The notes under the pieces were generated by a model, which had not been told where the DNA came from, did no database searches, and worked only from the letters and a program-made list of their open reading frames with translations. A stretch of DNA of 59,619 nt, the filler included, from Sphacelaria rigidula (taxonomy: Eukaryota), in the NCBI GenBank assembly GCA_964200075.2. It is 9 parts of 9 records of this genome, joined end to end, with 100 filler letters (N's around TTAATTAATTAA, not from the genome) between each part and the next. Parts side by side here need not be neighbours in the genome. Positions count along the whole stretch, not along the records: positions 19,909 to 26,444 come from CAXNAA020019491.1; positions 26,545 to 33,079 come from CAXNAA020019492.1; positions 33,180 to 39,714 come from CAXNAA020019493.1; 6 more parts are not named here. The stretch is one strand, 5' to 3'. Made by a program: the position numbers and the translations under genes. Positions 23,662 through 36,539 of the stretch are shown in pieces (the first letter of the stretch is position 1; every line of letters starts with the position of its first letter).

Positions 23662-24713
23662 TCTACTACAGTAGAGCTCATCGCTTGGTAGAAAGAAGTT
23701 TTCCCGAATCGATTTTAGTGTAGACACTGAAATTTCGCACTTAACGGGGGCTTCGCTCCTAGCTCGCGCAAAGCGCGCGTTCGTGTGAGTAAGGTCTGGC
23801 AGCTCACAATTTGCCTAGCGAACACTTTGCGCCGATGGACAACAAGCAACAGAACCTGCCGACAGAGTAGAGCTCCCACAGGACATTTGTGCAGACTCGC
23901 CGGGCCAACCACCACCATTTTGGAATCCACCCACAAACAACAGAGCCGGCAGATGGCGCACGGCACGGCACACCCACCCTCAACACCACAGCGCACACGC
24001 ACACATACGCAGACGAACCACCGCTAGCGACAAAAACGAAGAGATCACACAGCAGAAAAATCAAAGCCTATCGCTCCTGCTCGACAAACGGGCATAAAAA
24101 ATAATTGACCCTTGGAGGAAAACAATTTAAAAACCGAACGACTCTTGATATGATTTTCACACGTACTCCAAGGCCGGAGCCTGTTTGCTATTTCTTTCGT
24201 TGTGTGCTTCGAACCCGAATGTACCCACCGGGTTATAACCTTTTCTAGGGCACGTCCCGCGCTCAGCGGAAAAAATCGAAAAATGATCTATTTCTGCAGG
24301 GTTAGAGGGTAAGCTTGAAAAACATTAAACAAAAAAAAGGGCTAACCCCGGAATGTGTCAGTGGTGTGGAAGTGTACCTGGCGTCTGAATAGGGAGGGCG
24401 TTACCTTATCGCATGATTTCTCTATGTCGAGGATGTAATCTAAGATTAAGTGTATCCGAAGAAACGAGGAAAAGCGGGAAATTTACAGTAAAATGTCGTC
24501 AAACAGCCCGGGCACGTTTCGGGGGCTAACACCTTTCCCCCGTTTAGCACCCCTTACGGTCAGGTTAGCCGTGAGGCTGGAAGGCCTTATCTGCTTATAT
24601 TTTATATTCATGAATTATGGTCAACATCAGGGTCGCTTTTGTTTTTCGCGAGACCCGTGGCGTTGGTACCTTCGGCGCTACCGCCACGTGCGTTAGCCGT
24701 GGCTTACCACTAG
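23662..24713 (+). mobile_element. Probable non-autonomous Helitron
   Basis: 3' end has a GCCACG/CGTGGC hairpin (24683-24703), 6 nt, then CTAG followed by T. Candidate 5' end A|TCTACTA at 23661/23662, which is less certain. No TSD, as expected for a Helitron. Confidence 0.5.
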
Positions 24714-25779
24714 TTTGAAATATCAATGGAGTGTGCTTTCCTGTCTGTGCTGGAGGTTCTGATCCTTTGTTTGTGGGGTACGTCTAGTCTGCTCTGCTGC
24801 TGTTCTTGCAGAATGTGGGGGCCGGTGATGCCTTATATATATATATATATATTCCCTTTCAAATGTTGGGTTCATTCGTTTTATATTTGACCCGATTTAG
24901 TTTTATTGATGATACCGCAGATGCACCCATCCGCCGCGCCGTCGATCGTGGTCATTAGATAGAGGTACTGCATACTCAAGTTACATGGGTGGTACCACTC
25001 GCCGAGGGGAAGATGGGTTGATCTCTTGGAACTGCGCACTGCACTCGTCTCGATGAACGGAGAGGGGGAGGGGGTGGAAGGTGTCACGATAAAAACGAGA
25101 AGAATAATCGACTGTTACGTCCAGAACATTCGAGAGATAAAAGGGGAGAGACGGTAAGACAAGAGAGGATGGGCGAAAGGACAGACAGAGCACTACAAAG
25201 ATCGAAAAATGAAGAAAAAGGACACCGAAGAATAAGTAGAGAAAATAAGGAAGGTAAGAAGGAAGAGAGAGAAGAAAGGACGGGCGAAAAATCGTTGACG
25301 CCCTGGGCACCCCACTTGAGGAATATCCCTCATGAACACGCACGCGTGACGCCTTTCGTCAGCAGATTTTGTCGTTTTATTTTGCTTACAAAAAGGTCGA
25401 GTAGAATTTAGAAATTTGTTGCCTCGATTGATTTCTAATCACCCCACCACTCTTTTTTTTCTCCTGGAAACCTGTTGGAAATTTAATCCTAGGAGCTGCC
25501 TGTCGAATGCGTTGATATCACGTGCCCTTCGAATTATTGCCACAAGATTTCCACTCACCCTTTCCCCCAACCTCCCTATAGAGGAGTCGGCGTGGGGCAG
25601 TGTAACCCCTTGCTGTTTCTGAAAGTGACGATACCAGAAAACGAACCAAGTCATTTGAGGCTATTATCCCTTTGGTAGGTAATTTAGTACGCTTTGGGCC
25701 GAACAGTCTTATCAGGATGAAGCTCACCATGCGACTCGCCGAACACATGACGACGCTACACGATTGGTGATGGACCTCA

Positions 25780-25875
25780 AAAACCGACGTGCTCCATCCC
25801 ACCTTGTAGGGATGCGAGATTAATGGTGTCGTGACTACGGTATGCAAGACCATGAGTACACCCCCTTCCCCCCCT
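25780..25875 (+). repeat. Dispersed repeat family (also ~36140-36190 and ~51200-51285)
   Basis: Shared TGCTCC.TCCC(G)ACCTTGTAG.GATG...ATG..AGA(C/T)CATGAG(T/A)ACA followed by a C-rich run. The 36140 copy has only the 3' part. Confidence 0.65.
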
Positions 25876-25924
25876 CGTGCCATGTCATCCCAATTGTTTT
25901 TCATCATTTTCCCGTGTATTTCAG

Positions 25925-26084
25925 ATGATTATCGACTGTTTGTGGGCGACTTGGGGAACGAAGTGAACGATGACCACCTGGCGAAGGCGTTCCAAAAGTA
26001 CACCTCCTTTGCCAAAGCTAAGGTCATCCGAGAAAAATGGAACAAGAAGTCGAAGGGCTATGGCTTCGTCAGCTTTTTGGATGG
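25925..26084 (+). CDS. RBM42: Internal exon of an RBM42-type RNA-binding protein (RRM)
   Basis: DYRLFVGDLGNEVNDDHLAKAFQKYTSFAKAKVIREKWNKKSKGYGFVSFLD matches the RBM42 RRM signature GDLGNEVND...KGYGFVSF. TTTCAG acceptor and GTGAGC donor. Other exons not located. Confidence 0.9.
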
Positions 26085-26364
26085 GTGAGCGCTAGTTTAA
26101 GTGTGAGCGTGAGTGTGCGTGTGTGCTGCTCAGGGAGTTGTGTGTGTGTTTCTGTGTGTTTCGCGTCTATACCTGCACGACAAGGATTTGACCTGTTCCA
26201 GATCCCATTTGTTTGATTTTCTCTTTTTCTTTCTTGGTGTCCGTTCCTTGTCTCGCTTCTCCCTCTCTCTTTCTTTTTTGCTTTCGAGTTGTATCACACA
26301 AGCTGTATTTGGGTCTAGCCACGGCTGAGCAGCAGATGGCCCCGCCCTGGCTTTTGAAAGGGTT

Positions 26365-26444
26365 CAAGGGCAGGTCGAGTAGAGTATGTACTCTTGAGTA
26401 CTCGAGTAAAATATTCAAGTATTTACTCTACTCGACGTTTGAGT
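26365..26444. mobile_element. Left end of a hAT-like MITE (family of 40899-42272), cut by the contig end
   Basis: CAAGGGCAGGTCGAGTAGAGTATGTACTC... is nearly identical to 40899-40978. Confidence 0.85.
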
Positions 26445-26544
26445 NNNNNNNNNNNNNNNNNNNNNNNNNNNNNNNNNNNNNNNNNNNNTTAATTAATTAA
26501 NNNNNNNNNNNNNNNNNNNNNNNNNNNNNNNNNNNNNNNNNNNN

Positions 26545-29500
26545 GAATCATGAATCGTGTACAGCATGCTGCCCACTGCAACATGTGGCTGGTGTAGCGA
26601 TCGTGAGAGTCACCCACTCTGGTCAGCTAGCGCCCGTGCTGCCAACAAGCTGTTGCCAAGCGCTGTTACCAAGTGAAGTACAGCACCCGCGCGATCTTCA
26701 CGTCTGGTGTCCACCGACCGAAAAAAATCCAAACGGCAAAAATGAGCATCGCTCGCTTCTCCTCACCGACGGATCGAATCGTCCTTGCACGCAGCGATTG
26801 CCAACAGCCACGAACCATGAATTGTGTACAGCATGCTGCCCACTGCAACATGTTGCTGGGGTATTGATCGTGAGAGTCGCTTACTCTGGTCATCTAGAGC
26901 CCGTGCTATCAACAAGCTGTCCCCAGGCGCTGCTACCAAGTAAAGTACAGCACCCGCGCGATCTTCACGTCTGGTTTCCAACGATGGAACAAAAACCGAA
27001 CGGCAAAAACAAGCATCGCTTGCTTCTTTTCGCCGACGGATCGTTTCGTTCTTGCACGCCGCCATTGCCAACAACCACAAACCATGAGTTGTCTACAGCA
27101 TGCTGCCGACTGCAACATGTTGCTGGTGTATCGATCGTGGGAGTCACTCACTCTGTTCAGCAAGCGCCCGTGCTACCGACAAGCTGTCGCCAAGCGCTGT
27201 TATCATGTGAAGTACAGCACCCGCGCGATCTTCTTTTTTCGTTTCCAACGACCGAAAAAAATCCAAACGGCAAAAAAAAACTTTGCTTGCGTTTTCCCGT
27301 CGACGGATCGTTTCGTTCTTGCACGCAGTGATTGCCAACAACCACGCACCATGAATTGTGTACAGCATGCTGCCGACTGCAACATGTTGCTGGTGTATCG
27401 CTTGTTTGAATCACCTACTCCGCTCAGGTAGAGCCCGTGCTACCAACAAGCTTTTGCCTACCGCTGGTACCCAGTGTAGAACAGCACCCGCGCGATCTTC
27501 TTTTTTCGTGTTAAACGATCGAACAAAATCCAGACGGCAAAAACAAGCATCGCTTGCTTCTCCTCGCCGACGGATCGTTCCGTTCTTGCACACAGCGAGT
27601 GCCGACACCCATGCACCATGAATTGTGTACAACATGCTGCCGACTGCCGACATGTTGCTGGTGTATCGCTTGCAGGAGTCACATCCTCTGCGCAGCTAGC
27701 ACCCATGTCACCAACAAGCTGTTGCCAGGCGCGGTTACCGGGAAAATCACAGCACACGCGCGATCTATACTTTTCGTTTTCAGCGTCGGAACGATATCCA
27801 AACGGCAAAAAAAAGCATCGCTCGCTCCTTCTCGCGGGCGGATCGTTTCGTTCTTGCACGCAGCCATTGCCAACAGCCACGAACCATGAATTGTGTACAG
27901 CATGCTGCCCACTGCAACATGTTGCTGGTGTAGCGATCGTGAGAGTCACTCACTCTGGGTATCTAGCGCCCGTGCTGCCAACAAGCTATTGTCAAGTGCT
28001 GCTACCGAGTGCAGTAGCAGCTCCCGCGCGATCTTCTTTTTTCGTTTCCAACGACGGATCAAAATCCAAACGGCAAGAAAGAGCATTGCTTGCTTCTTCT
28101 CGCCGACGGATCGTTTCGTTCTTGCACGCGACAATTGCCAACAGGCACGCACGATGAATTGCGTACAGCATGCTGCCGACTGCAACATGTAGCTGGTGTA
28201 TCGCTTGTTCGAGACACCTACTCTGCGCATCTAGAGCCCGTGCTACCAACAAGCTGTTACTGAGCGCTGTTACCGAGTGCAGTAGCAGCACACGCGCGAT
28301 GTTCACTTCTCTTCTCTCCCGGTGGAACGAAATCCAAACGGCAGAAAAGAGCATCCCTTGTTTCTTCTCACCGACGGATCGTTTCGTTCTTACACGCAGC
28401 GATTGCCAATACCCACGCATCATGAATTGTGTACAGCATGCTGCCGACTGCAACATGTTACCGGTGTATTGATCGTGAGAGTCAACTACTGTGCTCAGGT
28501 AGCGTCCGTACAACCAACAAGCTGTTGCCAGGCGCTCTTACCGCGTGCAGTAGCAGCACACGCGCGATCTTCATTTTTGGTTTGTTCCGGAAGGAACAAA
28601 ATCGAAGCGGCAAAAACAAGCATCGCTTGCCTCTTTTCGCCCACAGATTTTTTGGTTTTGCACCTAGCAATCGACAACAGCCACGCACCATGAATTGTGC
28701 ACAGCATGCGGCCGACTGCAACATGTTGCTGATGTATCGCTTGTTGGAATCACTTCCTCTGCTCAGCCAGCACCCGTGCTACCAACAACCTGTTGCCAAG
28801 CGCTATCACCGAGTCCAGTAGCAGCACCCGCGCTATCTTCACTTTTCGTTTCCAGCGCCGGAACAAAATCCAAACGGCAAAAATGAGCATCGCTTGCTCC
28901 TTCTCGTCGACGGATCGTTCCGTTCTTGCACGCAGCGATTGCCAACACGCACGCACCATGAGTTGTGTACAGCATGCTGCTGACTGCAACATATTGCCGG
29001 TGTTTGAATTGTGGGAGTCACCCACTCTACTCAGCTAGAGCCCGTGCTACCAACAAGCTGTTGCCAAGTGCTATTACCGGGTGAATCAAAGCACCCGCGC
29101 TATATTTAGTTTTCATTTCCAGCGACGGAACAAAATACCAACGGCAAAGAAAAGCACCGCTTGCTTCTTCTCGCCGACGGACCGTTTCGTTCTTGCACGC
29201 AGCGATTGCCAACAGCCACGAACCATGAATTGTGGAACAACATGCTGCCGACTCCAACGTGTTGCTGTGGTTTCGCTCGTGAAAGTTACCTACTCTGGTC
29301 AGCTAGCGCCCGTGCTACCAACAAGCTATTGCCCAGCGCTGTTACCGAGTCCAGTAGCAGCACCCACGCGATCTTCACGTCCGGTTTCCAGCGACGGAAC
29401 AAAATCCAAACGGCAAAAACAAGCATCGCCTCCATCTTCTCGCCGGCAAATCGTCTCGTTCTTGCACCTAGCGATCGCCAACAGCCACGCACCATGAATT

Positions 29501-31900
29501 GGGTACAATATGCTGCCGACTGCGAAATATCGCCGGTGTATTGATCGTGAGAGCCACTGACTCTACTCAGCTAGCGCCCGTAATGCCAACAAGCTGTTGC
29601 CAAGCGCTATTACCGAGTGAAGTAGCAGCACCCGCGCGATCTCCACGTCTGGTTTCCAGCGACGGAACGTAATGCGAAAGGCAACAATATGCATCGTTTT
29701 CCCCTTTTCGCCGACGGATCGTTTCGTTCTTGCACGCAGCGATTGCCAACAGCCATGCACCATGAATCGTGTACAGCGCGCCGCCGACTGCAACATCTTG
29801 CTGGTGTGTCGCCTGTTAGAGTCACCTCCTCTGCGCAGCTAGCGCCCATGTTATCAACAATCTGTTGCCAAGCGCTGTTACCGGGTGAATCACAGCGCCC
29901 GCGCGATCTTCACTTTTGGTTTCTCGCGAAGGAACGGAATGCAAACGGAAAAAAAGGATCGCTTGCTTCTTCTCGCCGACGGATCGTTTCGGTTTTGCAC
30001 GCAGCGATTGCCAACCGCCACGCACCATGAATCGTGTACAGCATGCTGCCGACTGCAACATGTTGCTGATGAATTCATCGTGAGAGTCACCTACTCTGCT
30101 CAGCTAGCGCCTGTGCTACCAACAAGCTGTCGCCGAGCGCTGTTACCAAATGAAGTAGCAGCACCCGCGCGATGTTCACTTTTCGTTTCCAACGACGGAA
30201 AAAGATCCGAACGGCAAAAAGAGCGGTGCCTGCTTCTTCTTGCCGACGAACCGTTTCGTTCTTGCACGCAGCGATTGCCAACGGCAACGCACCATGAATT
30301 GTGTACAGCATGCTGACGACTGCAACATATTGCCGGTATATGAATTCTGAGAGTCACTTACTTTGTTCAGGTAGAGCCCGTACAACCAACAAGCTCTTGC
30401 CAAGCGCTGTAACAGGGTGAATCACAGCACCCGCGCGATCTTCACTTTTGTTTTCGAGCGACTAAACAAAATCCAAACGGCAAAAACAAGCATCGCTCGC
30501 TTCTTCCCGCCGACGGATCGTTTCGTTCCTGCATGCAGCCATTGCCAACAGCCACGAACCATCAATTGTGTACAGCATGTTGCCGACTGCAACATGTTGC
30601 TGGTGTATTGCTGTTACCGAGTGAATCACAGCACCCGCGCGATCTTCACTTTTGGTTTGCGGTGACGAAACAAAATCCAAACGGCAAAAACAAGCATCGC
30701 TTGCTTCTTCTGGCCAACGGATCGTTTCGTTCTTGCACTTAGCGATTGCCAAAGCCACGAACCATGAATTTTGCACAGCATGCTGCCGACTGCAACATAT
30801 TGCGACTGCATTGATCGTGAGAGTCACTGACTCTGCTCAGGTAGAGCCCGTGCTACCAACCAGCTGTTGCCAAGCGCTATTACGGCGTGCAGTAGCAGCA
30901 CCTGCGCGATCTTCATTCTTGGTTTCTCGCGACGGAACAAAATCCAAACGGCGAAGAAAAACACTGCTTGCTTTTTTTCGCCGACGGATCGTTGCGTTCT
31001 TGCACCTAGCGATCGCCAACACCCACGAACCATGAATTGTGTACAGCATGCTGCCGACTGCAACATGTTGCTGGTGTATCGATCGTGAGAGTCACTTACT
31101 CCGCCCAGCTAGCGTCTGTGCTACCAACAAGCTGTTGCCAAGCGCTGTTACCGAGTGAAGTACAGCACCCGCGCGATCTTTCCTTTTGGTTTCCAGCGAC
31201 GGAACGAAATACAAACGGCAAAAATAAGCATTCCTTGCTTCTTCTCGCCGACGAACCGTTTCGTTCTTGCACGCAGCGATTGCCAACAGCAACGTACCAT
31301 GAGTTGTCTACAGCATGCTGCCGACTGCAACATGTTGCTAGTGTATTGATCGTGAGAGTCACTTACTTTGCTCAGGTAGAGCCCGTGCTACCAACAATTT
31401 GTTGCCAAGCGCTGTTACCGAGTGAAGTACAGCACCCGCGCGATCTTCACTCTTGGTTTCTCGCGACGGAACAAGATCCAAACGAAAAAAGACAAACATA
31501 GCTTGCTTCTTTTCGTCGACGGATGCTTTCGTTCTTGCACCTAGCGATTGCCAACACCCACGAACCATGAATTGTGTACAGCATGCTGCCGACTGCAGCA
31601 TGTTGCTGGTGTATTGATCGTGAGAGTCACCTCCTCCGCTCAGCTAGCGCCCGTGCTACCAACAAGCTGTTGCCAAGCGCTGTTACCGAGTGCAGTAGCA
31701 GCACCCGCGCGATCTTCACTTTTGGTTTCCAGCGACGGAACAAAGTACAAACAGCGAAAAGGAAGCATCGCTTACTTCTTCTCGCCGACGGATCGTTTCG
31801 TTCTTGCACGCAGCGATTGCCAACAGCAACGCACCATGAATTGTGTACAGCATGCTGCCGACTGCAACGTGTTGGTCGTGAGAGTCACCTGTTCTGCTCG
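26545..31900. repeat. Satellite array, ~267-bp unit, ~20 copies, open at the contig start
   Basis: The anchor CATGAATTGTGTACAGCATGCTGCCGACTGCAACATGTTGC recurs at ~26549, 26816, 27083, 27350 ... 31566, 31835. One unit (30560-30763) is ~64 bp short. Confidence 0.97.
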
Positions 31901-32163
31901 ACAGCGGACACAGCACGAACGGAACAAAACCCCTGCCGATAGATCTCATGGGCACTACATGCGATCCTAGCTGGCGATGGTCACGGCTCGCGTCGTCTTC
32001 CACCAACGAACGATAGAAACGAGTTGCATGTATGGTTCTAGATAGGGTGTTTTGTATATCATGAGGATTCCAACGTTGTGTTTCATGTTTGACGATGATC
32101 CTACTTCCTATCCTATACGCATAGATAACCATCCCACCGTCTCGTAATATTTACAAAATATAG

Positions 32164-32403
32164 GAGGACACGACGACCGATGCAGCACTCGATGATCCTC
32201 GGGATCTATGTTCAACGGAAACCATCACGCGAAATCCAGGGATTCTGACGACAACGGCAACATCAGGTGATGTTGGTGATGGTGACGAGGCGGATAGGGA
32301 TGACCCGTGGAGCAGAGGAGGCGAAGATCCTGGCACTGTGAGTCGGGGAGACGATCGTAGTGAAGGACGAGATTGTGATACAACAGAAGCGACGGCCGTC
32401 AAG
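32164..32403 (+). CDS. Possible internal exon, acidic low-complexity peptide (EDTTTDAALDD...TTEATAVK)
   Basis: TAG acceptor, AAG|GTGAAT donor, 240 bp open in phase 0-0, rich in D, G and T. No homology recognised. Confidence 0.35.
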
Positions 32404-33188
32404 GTGAATTAATGCACGCGTGAAAGGCGCGTTATCCCTTCGAGTTCCCACAGATCGACGATCTATGTATGGTATTCGTTTTTCAAATGAATGTTACGCA
32501 GAGTCACCAGATGGGATACCCCGAACGGCGATGGGGTTGACCTAATTCCCCGCAGGCATGAGATGCCGCGAATCGGCCACACTAGATCGACCACTTGAAA
32601 CTACGCGAGAAAGAGTGAGTGAGTGAGTGGTCATCAGTCAGTCACAACGCCACATCGCGTGAGTAAGGGGGTCGGGGATGGACCACGAGCTAACATAGTG
32701 TATCGTCATTTGGGGGGTCATGGTCGCACCCAGGACGAAGAGCTTGCTAACAGGATATCGCAGGGATGGCTGTCATTGAAGCGTAGTCGGCGATGATGGT
32801 ATTGTTCCGAAAAAACATCGTGCACGGATGATGAACAATGGCTGAAGGTGTCTTACTACCAAGGCAAAGCTCCCACATTTTGTCAGCTTTTTCCGAATAT
32901 ATATAATACATTATGTATATATTCGACTTCTCCGGGAACAAATGCCAAGATGAAAACCCGACCCTACATTTTCGGAGGAATTGGTAGCCAGTCTTGAATT
33001 ATTCTACCGCCTGGTGGCCTCGCTGTAAGATTATGCTGCCACGTTTTCCGGAGACATAGACTATTTCCCGGAATATTTGNNNNNNNNNNNNNNNNNNNNN
33101 NNNNNNNNNNNNNNNNNNNNNNNTTAATTAATTAANNNNNNNNNNNNNNNNNNNNNNNNNNNNNNNNNNNNNNNNNNNNCCCCCCCCC

Positions 33189-33219
<31 letters not shown>

Positions 33220-35934
33220 ACATACACAAATATGCACGCACACCAGTGCTGCAGTAAGTGGTCAAACACACGTTCTGCTGGGCCTACGCGATGCCACGAG
33301 CAAGAAGGAGGCACGCAAGAGGGCTGGGTTACCCAACAAGGGTAATATTTGCTATTTTGGGGAATTTTGGCTCACGATGTCAAAATGACGGGCAGGATGA
33401 AGAGATAAGTAAATCGATAAAACTATATTTTGTAAGGGTTGGGGTGGGTTGTGGCTGAATTACTATTTTCTCGAAGAAGGGAGCGCAATGTTGCATTTTT
33501 CCCACAATGAAGAATTCGCGGCTACAGGCATTGCTTGACGCCGCCGTCACGACTGTTCTTGTTTTGCAATTCATTTCGTTTTTTTTTCTTGTTGCAAGTT
33601 ATGACACAACAAACAGAGTGAAAAAAATTCTCACACGGACCGTATATAAAAAAGATCTACCAAGTGTTTGATGTTCCTCAATTCTCAATCTACACGATAG
33701 TTGGTACCTCTGTTTCCGATAGCCAGGTCGCCTTTTTTTCTCACGTAGCTTTTGGCATAAACACGATCGACTGTTGCAGCAGCCAAAGCGGGAAATCACC
33801 TTTTTTTAGAGTACATGTGCAGACAAACCGGTCACAACCCTCTCGATCGCGGGTCTGAATGTATATGTTGCTTTTTTTTCTCGGTCAAAATAGTCAAATT
33901 GTCGTACTGACTGCAACAGAGGTGTAGATATGTAAACGATCCTCGCCAGCTAGCGAGCAATCTTCATACGCTTCCCGCTGAAGAGACGAATATTAAGGAA
34001 CACTCGAGAGATTCATGTTACCGAGTTTCGCCACCAAGAGCTGACAATATACTTCGTACCACACTGTCTGTGCTGTCTGCGATGGTTGAAAAAATTCCTT
34101 CTTTCCAAGGCTCAGACGAATGAATGATTCGTCTGCAAAGTACTCGATTTTAGTGTAATTGATTCGTACCGTGTGAATCACTCCTTAGGCTTTGTTTTCA
34201 GCGTTTCAACCCAGGCACGTGGAGTGGCGCAAAAATTGGGTGGAGAATTCTCTCACCAGCGGTCAACTTTTTTGTTTTTTGTTTTTGAGAGCAATCACGC
34301 CTGAAAAATCGTGGACTTGGTGATTCAAACCGATGAATCTTCCGAAGCGTGCTTCACTCACCCGGAATGAGCACGCATCTTGACGCGGTACAGCCGTCCT
34401 TCGTGGTGTTCCGGTAGCTACACAGGAACGGGTCCCGCCCGGGTAGCCGTCATAACTGTGGTGTCCGTGCGTGCGTGAGGCCCATGCTAGTCGTGCGCGC
34501 AAATGTTTTCGAAACAATCTGTGACTGCCGGCACTGCCCCTAACTGATGGTTGTGTTTTCCGATTATCTTTGCTGTTCGACAACTTGTCACGTTGCCACT
34601 GATGTCAACGTTGCAGCTCCATGTGCGACGAGTTCCGTACCTCGTTCACTGTGTGCGTACCATGTCAGCCCAGGGGTTTTCTGGTCCAGTACCACCGGTG
34701 CTTTGCTTCCGACGACTGACATCATTCGGTGACATGCTTTGTATTTGTTCAGTCACTGGATTTTGAAAATATGCTCGAGACCCCCCCCTCCCCTATCCAT
34801 CAAATCAACTCGTTTAGACCCACAGTCGGAATATGCTAGACGTTGTTTCTTTCTTCACGTGCCGCCGCGACTCGGATGGTCTCAATTAAAATGGGACACC
34901 GGCAGCCGGTTAGGGCGGAAGGATGCTGGTTCGGGTTCGAACTCCGACAGATGTGACCCTTTTGTGCAGTACCTGGTTCATGTTCTTGATAGCATGAGGA
35001 CAAGAGTAGCAAATAAATTTGACGCAACGTCGAAGCAGTGCGGGCGAGTGCTGTTTGCATTCCGCTATACCACAATCTCAGGCATATACCGTACCGGGAG
35101 AAGGATAATTTTGATCCCTGGACACCTACGGACGCATCCGCGGGAGGGGAAAGGGTTGGAGGCACGACGAGAAAGAAGAAAAATAGAACGGAAACCAGAT
35201 ATGCCGACAGTACAGCAAGGGATCCCAATTGGGCAGAGAAAAAGTGTCCGGGCTGTTCGACGACACCATTCCGACCGTATACAACTCATTTTCTTTTTTT
35301 TGTTCCGGGGATGATCTACCTGGATACACTTGATTTTATAGTACACCCTTTCGATGGAGAAGCCGTGCGTTCAGGCGACGCCCTCCCCTGTCCAGACGCT
35401 ACATATACCTCCACACCGTTGACACAGAGTCGGCAGCCAACTCTCTTTTGAAGTGATCTCAGGGCGTACCCTCAAAATCTTCAAAATTAATGTAATTCTG
35501 CGGTGTAATCTGATGACCGCGGGATGTTCCCTAAAAATGGACGTATCAGCGTTTTACACTTGGGATAGAATTACACAACGCAATAAACAGTGTTGGAATA
35601 ACACTCGTAGCCGAGGAAAACCAGGTTGCCAAAGTCGGTCCCTTGATACAGTGTCCCAAATAATCGTAAAAAAAAGGGAGGGCTGGGGAGGAGACCTCAG
35701 AGGAGAGGTTTGATGCGGAGTAACCTTGTTTCGGGGTTGGCGTGTGTATGTACGTGTTTGCCATGGGTTTGTTTTGCGGAGTAAATCACCCTGTTTCGGT
35801 GCGTGCGTGCATATGCGTGTGTGTGTGTCTGTCATCTGATCCTTGGTATCTGATTGCCTTGGTCTATTTTTCCATGAGGTAGATCCGGGACTTTTATTGA
35901 AGATCTTTTCTTCATGTTCGGAGTTCGATTGGAA

Positions 35935-35980
<46 letters not shown>
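35935..35980. repeat. (CTGT)n microsatellite
   Basis: Directly visible. Confidence 0.95.
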
Positions 35981-35983
<3 letters not shown>

Positions 35984-36312
35984 GTTTGTCTCTCCGAGGC
36001 ACCGTCCACCATATGCTGATTTCGAATCCTCGTCAAGTGCTGGCATTTTTTGAGCCATCTCATTTTACCAATACTGCCGAGGGCTTCACGTCACAACCCT
36101 ATACCTGACATAGATTTGTTGTCAGTCAACCCCCCCCTTCCCCCCCTCGTGTGGCTATGGCATGCGAGATCATGAGTACATCCTCCCTCCCGTCATCATT
36201 CGTCAACCTCGCGCAACGCTCCCGAACACCAGGCCGACTTCTATCTAGACACCCTTCGAGACCTCAGAGGGCTCCTAAGACAATTCGATCAGATCAGCAC
36301 AAAAGAACGCAC

Positions 36313-36539
36313 CGTTGCAGCGGGTGGCACGAGCCCCAAGGGCGGCGATCGACCACGACGGGTCTCCGCCGGCGGGGTACCCCTCGAGGGAAGCCCAGGC
36401 ATTCGCGACCCTAGTCTGAGACACGATATGGGCGGGGGCGCGGAGGCAAGCGAGGCCGACGGGGGGGAGGGGGGGGAGGGGCTGGTGCGAACGTCGTCGT
36501 ACCTTGCTCCGAGTTCGAATCGCCGAAATACGGCGCCTT
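36313..36539 (-). CDS. Possible GC-rich exon, unknown product, frame uncertain
   Basis: CTCCCCAACAG acceptor, GTGCGT donor, GC-rich island, two of three frames open. Confidence 0.4.

Noticed and set aside
26585..27331. 248-aa ORF with an 89-aa repeat, plus dozens of overlapping ORFs in the satellite
   Set aside because: The unit is 267 bp only in some copies. Others differ by 1-2 bp and shift frame, stops occur, and ORFs appear in all frames. It behaves as non-coding satellite.
26545..31900. CRISPR-like array
   Set aside because: The whole unit repeats, there are no unique spacers or cas genes, and the context is eukaryotic.
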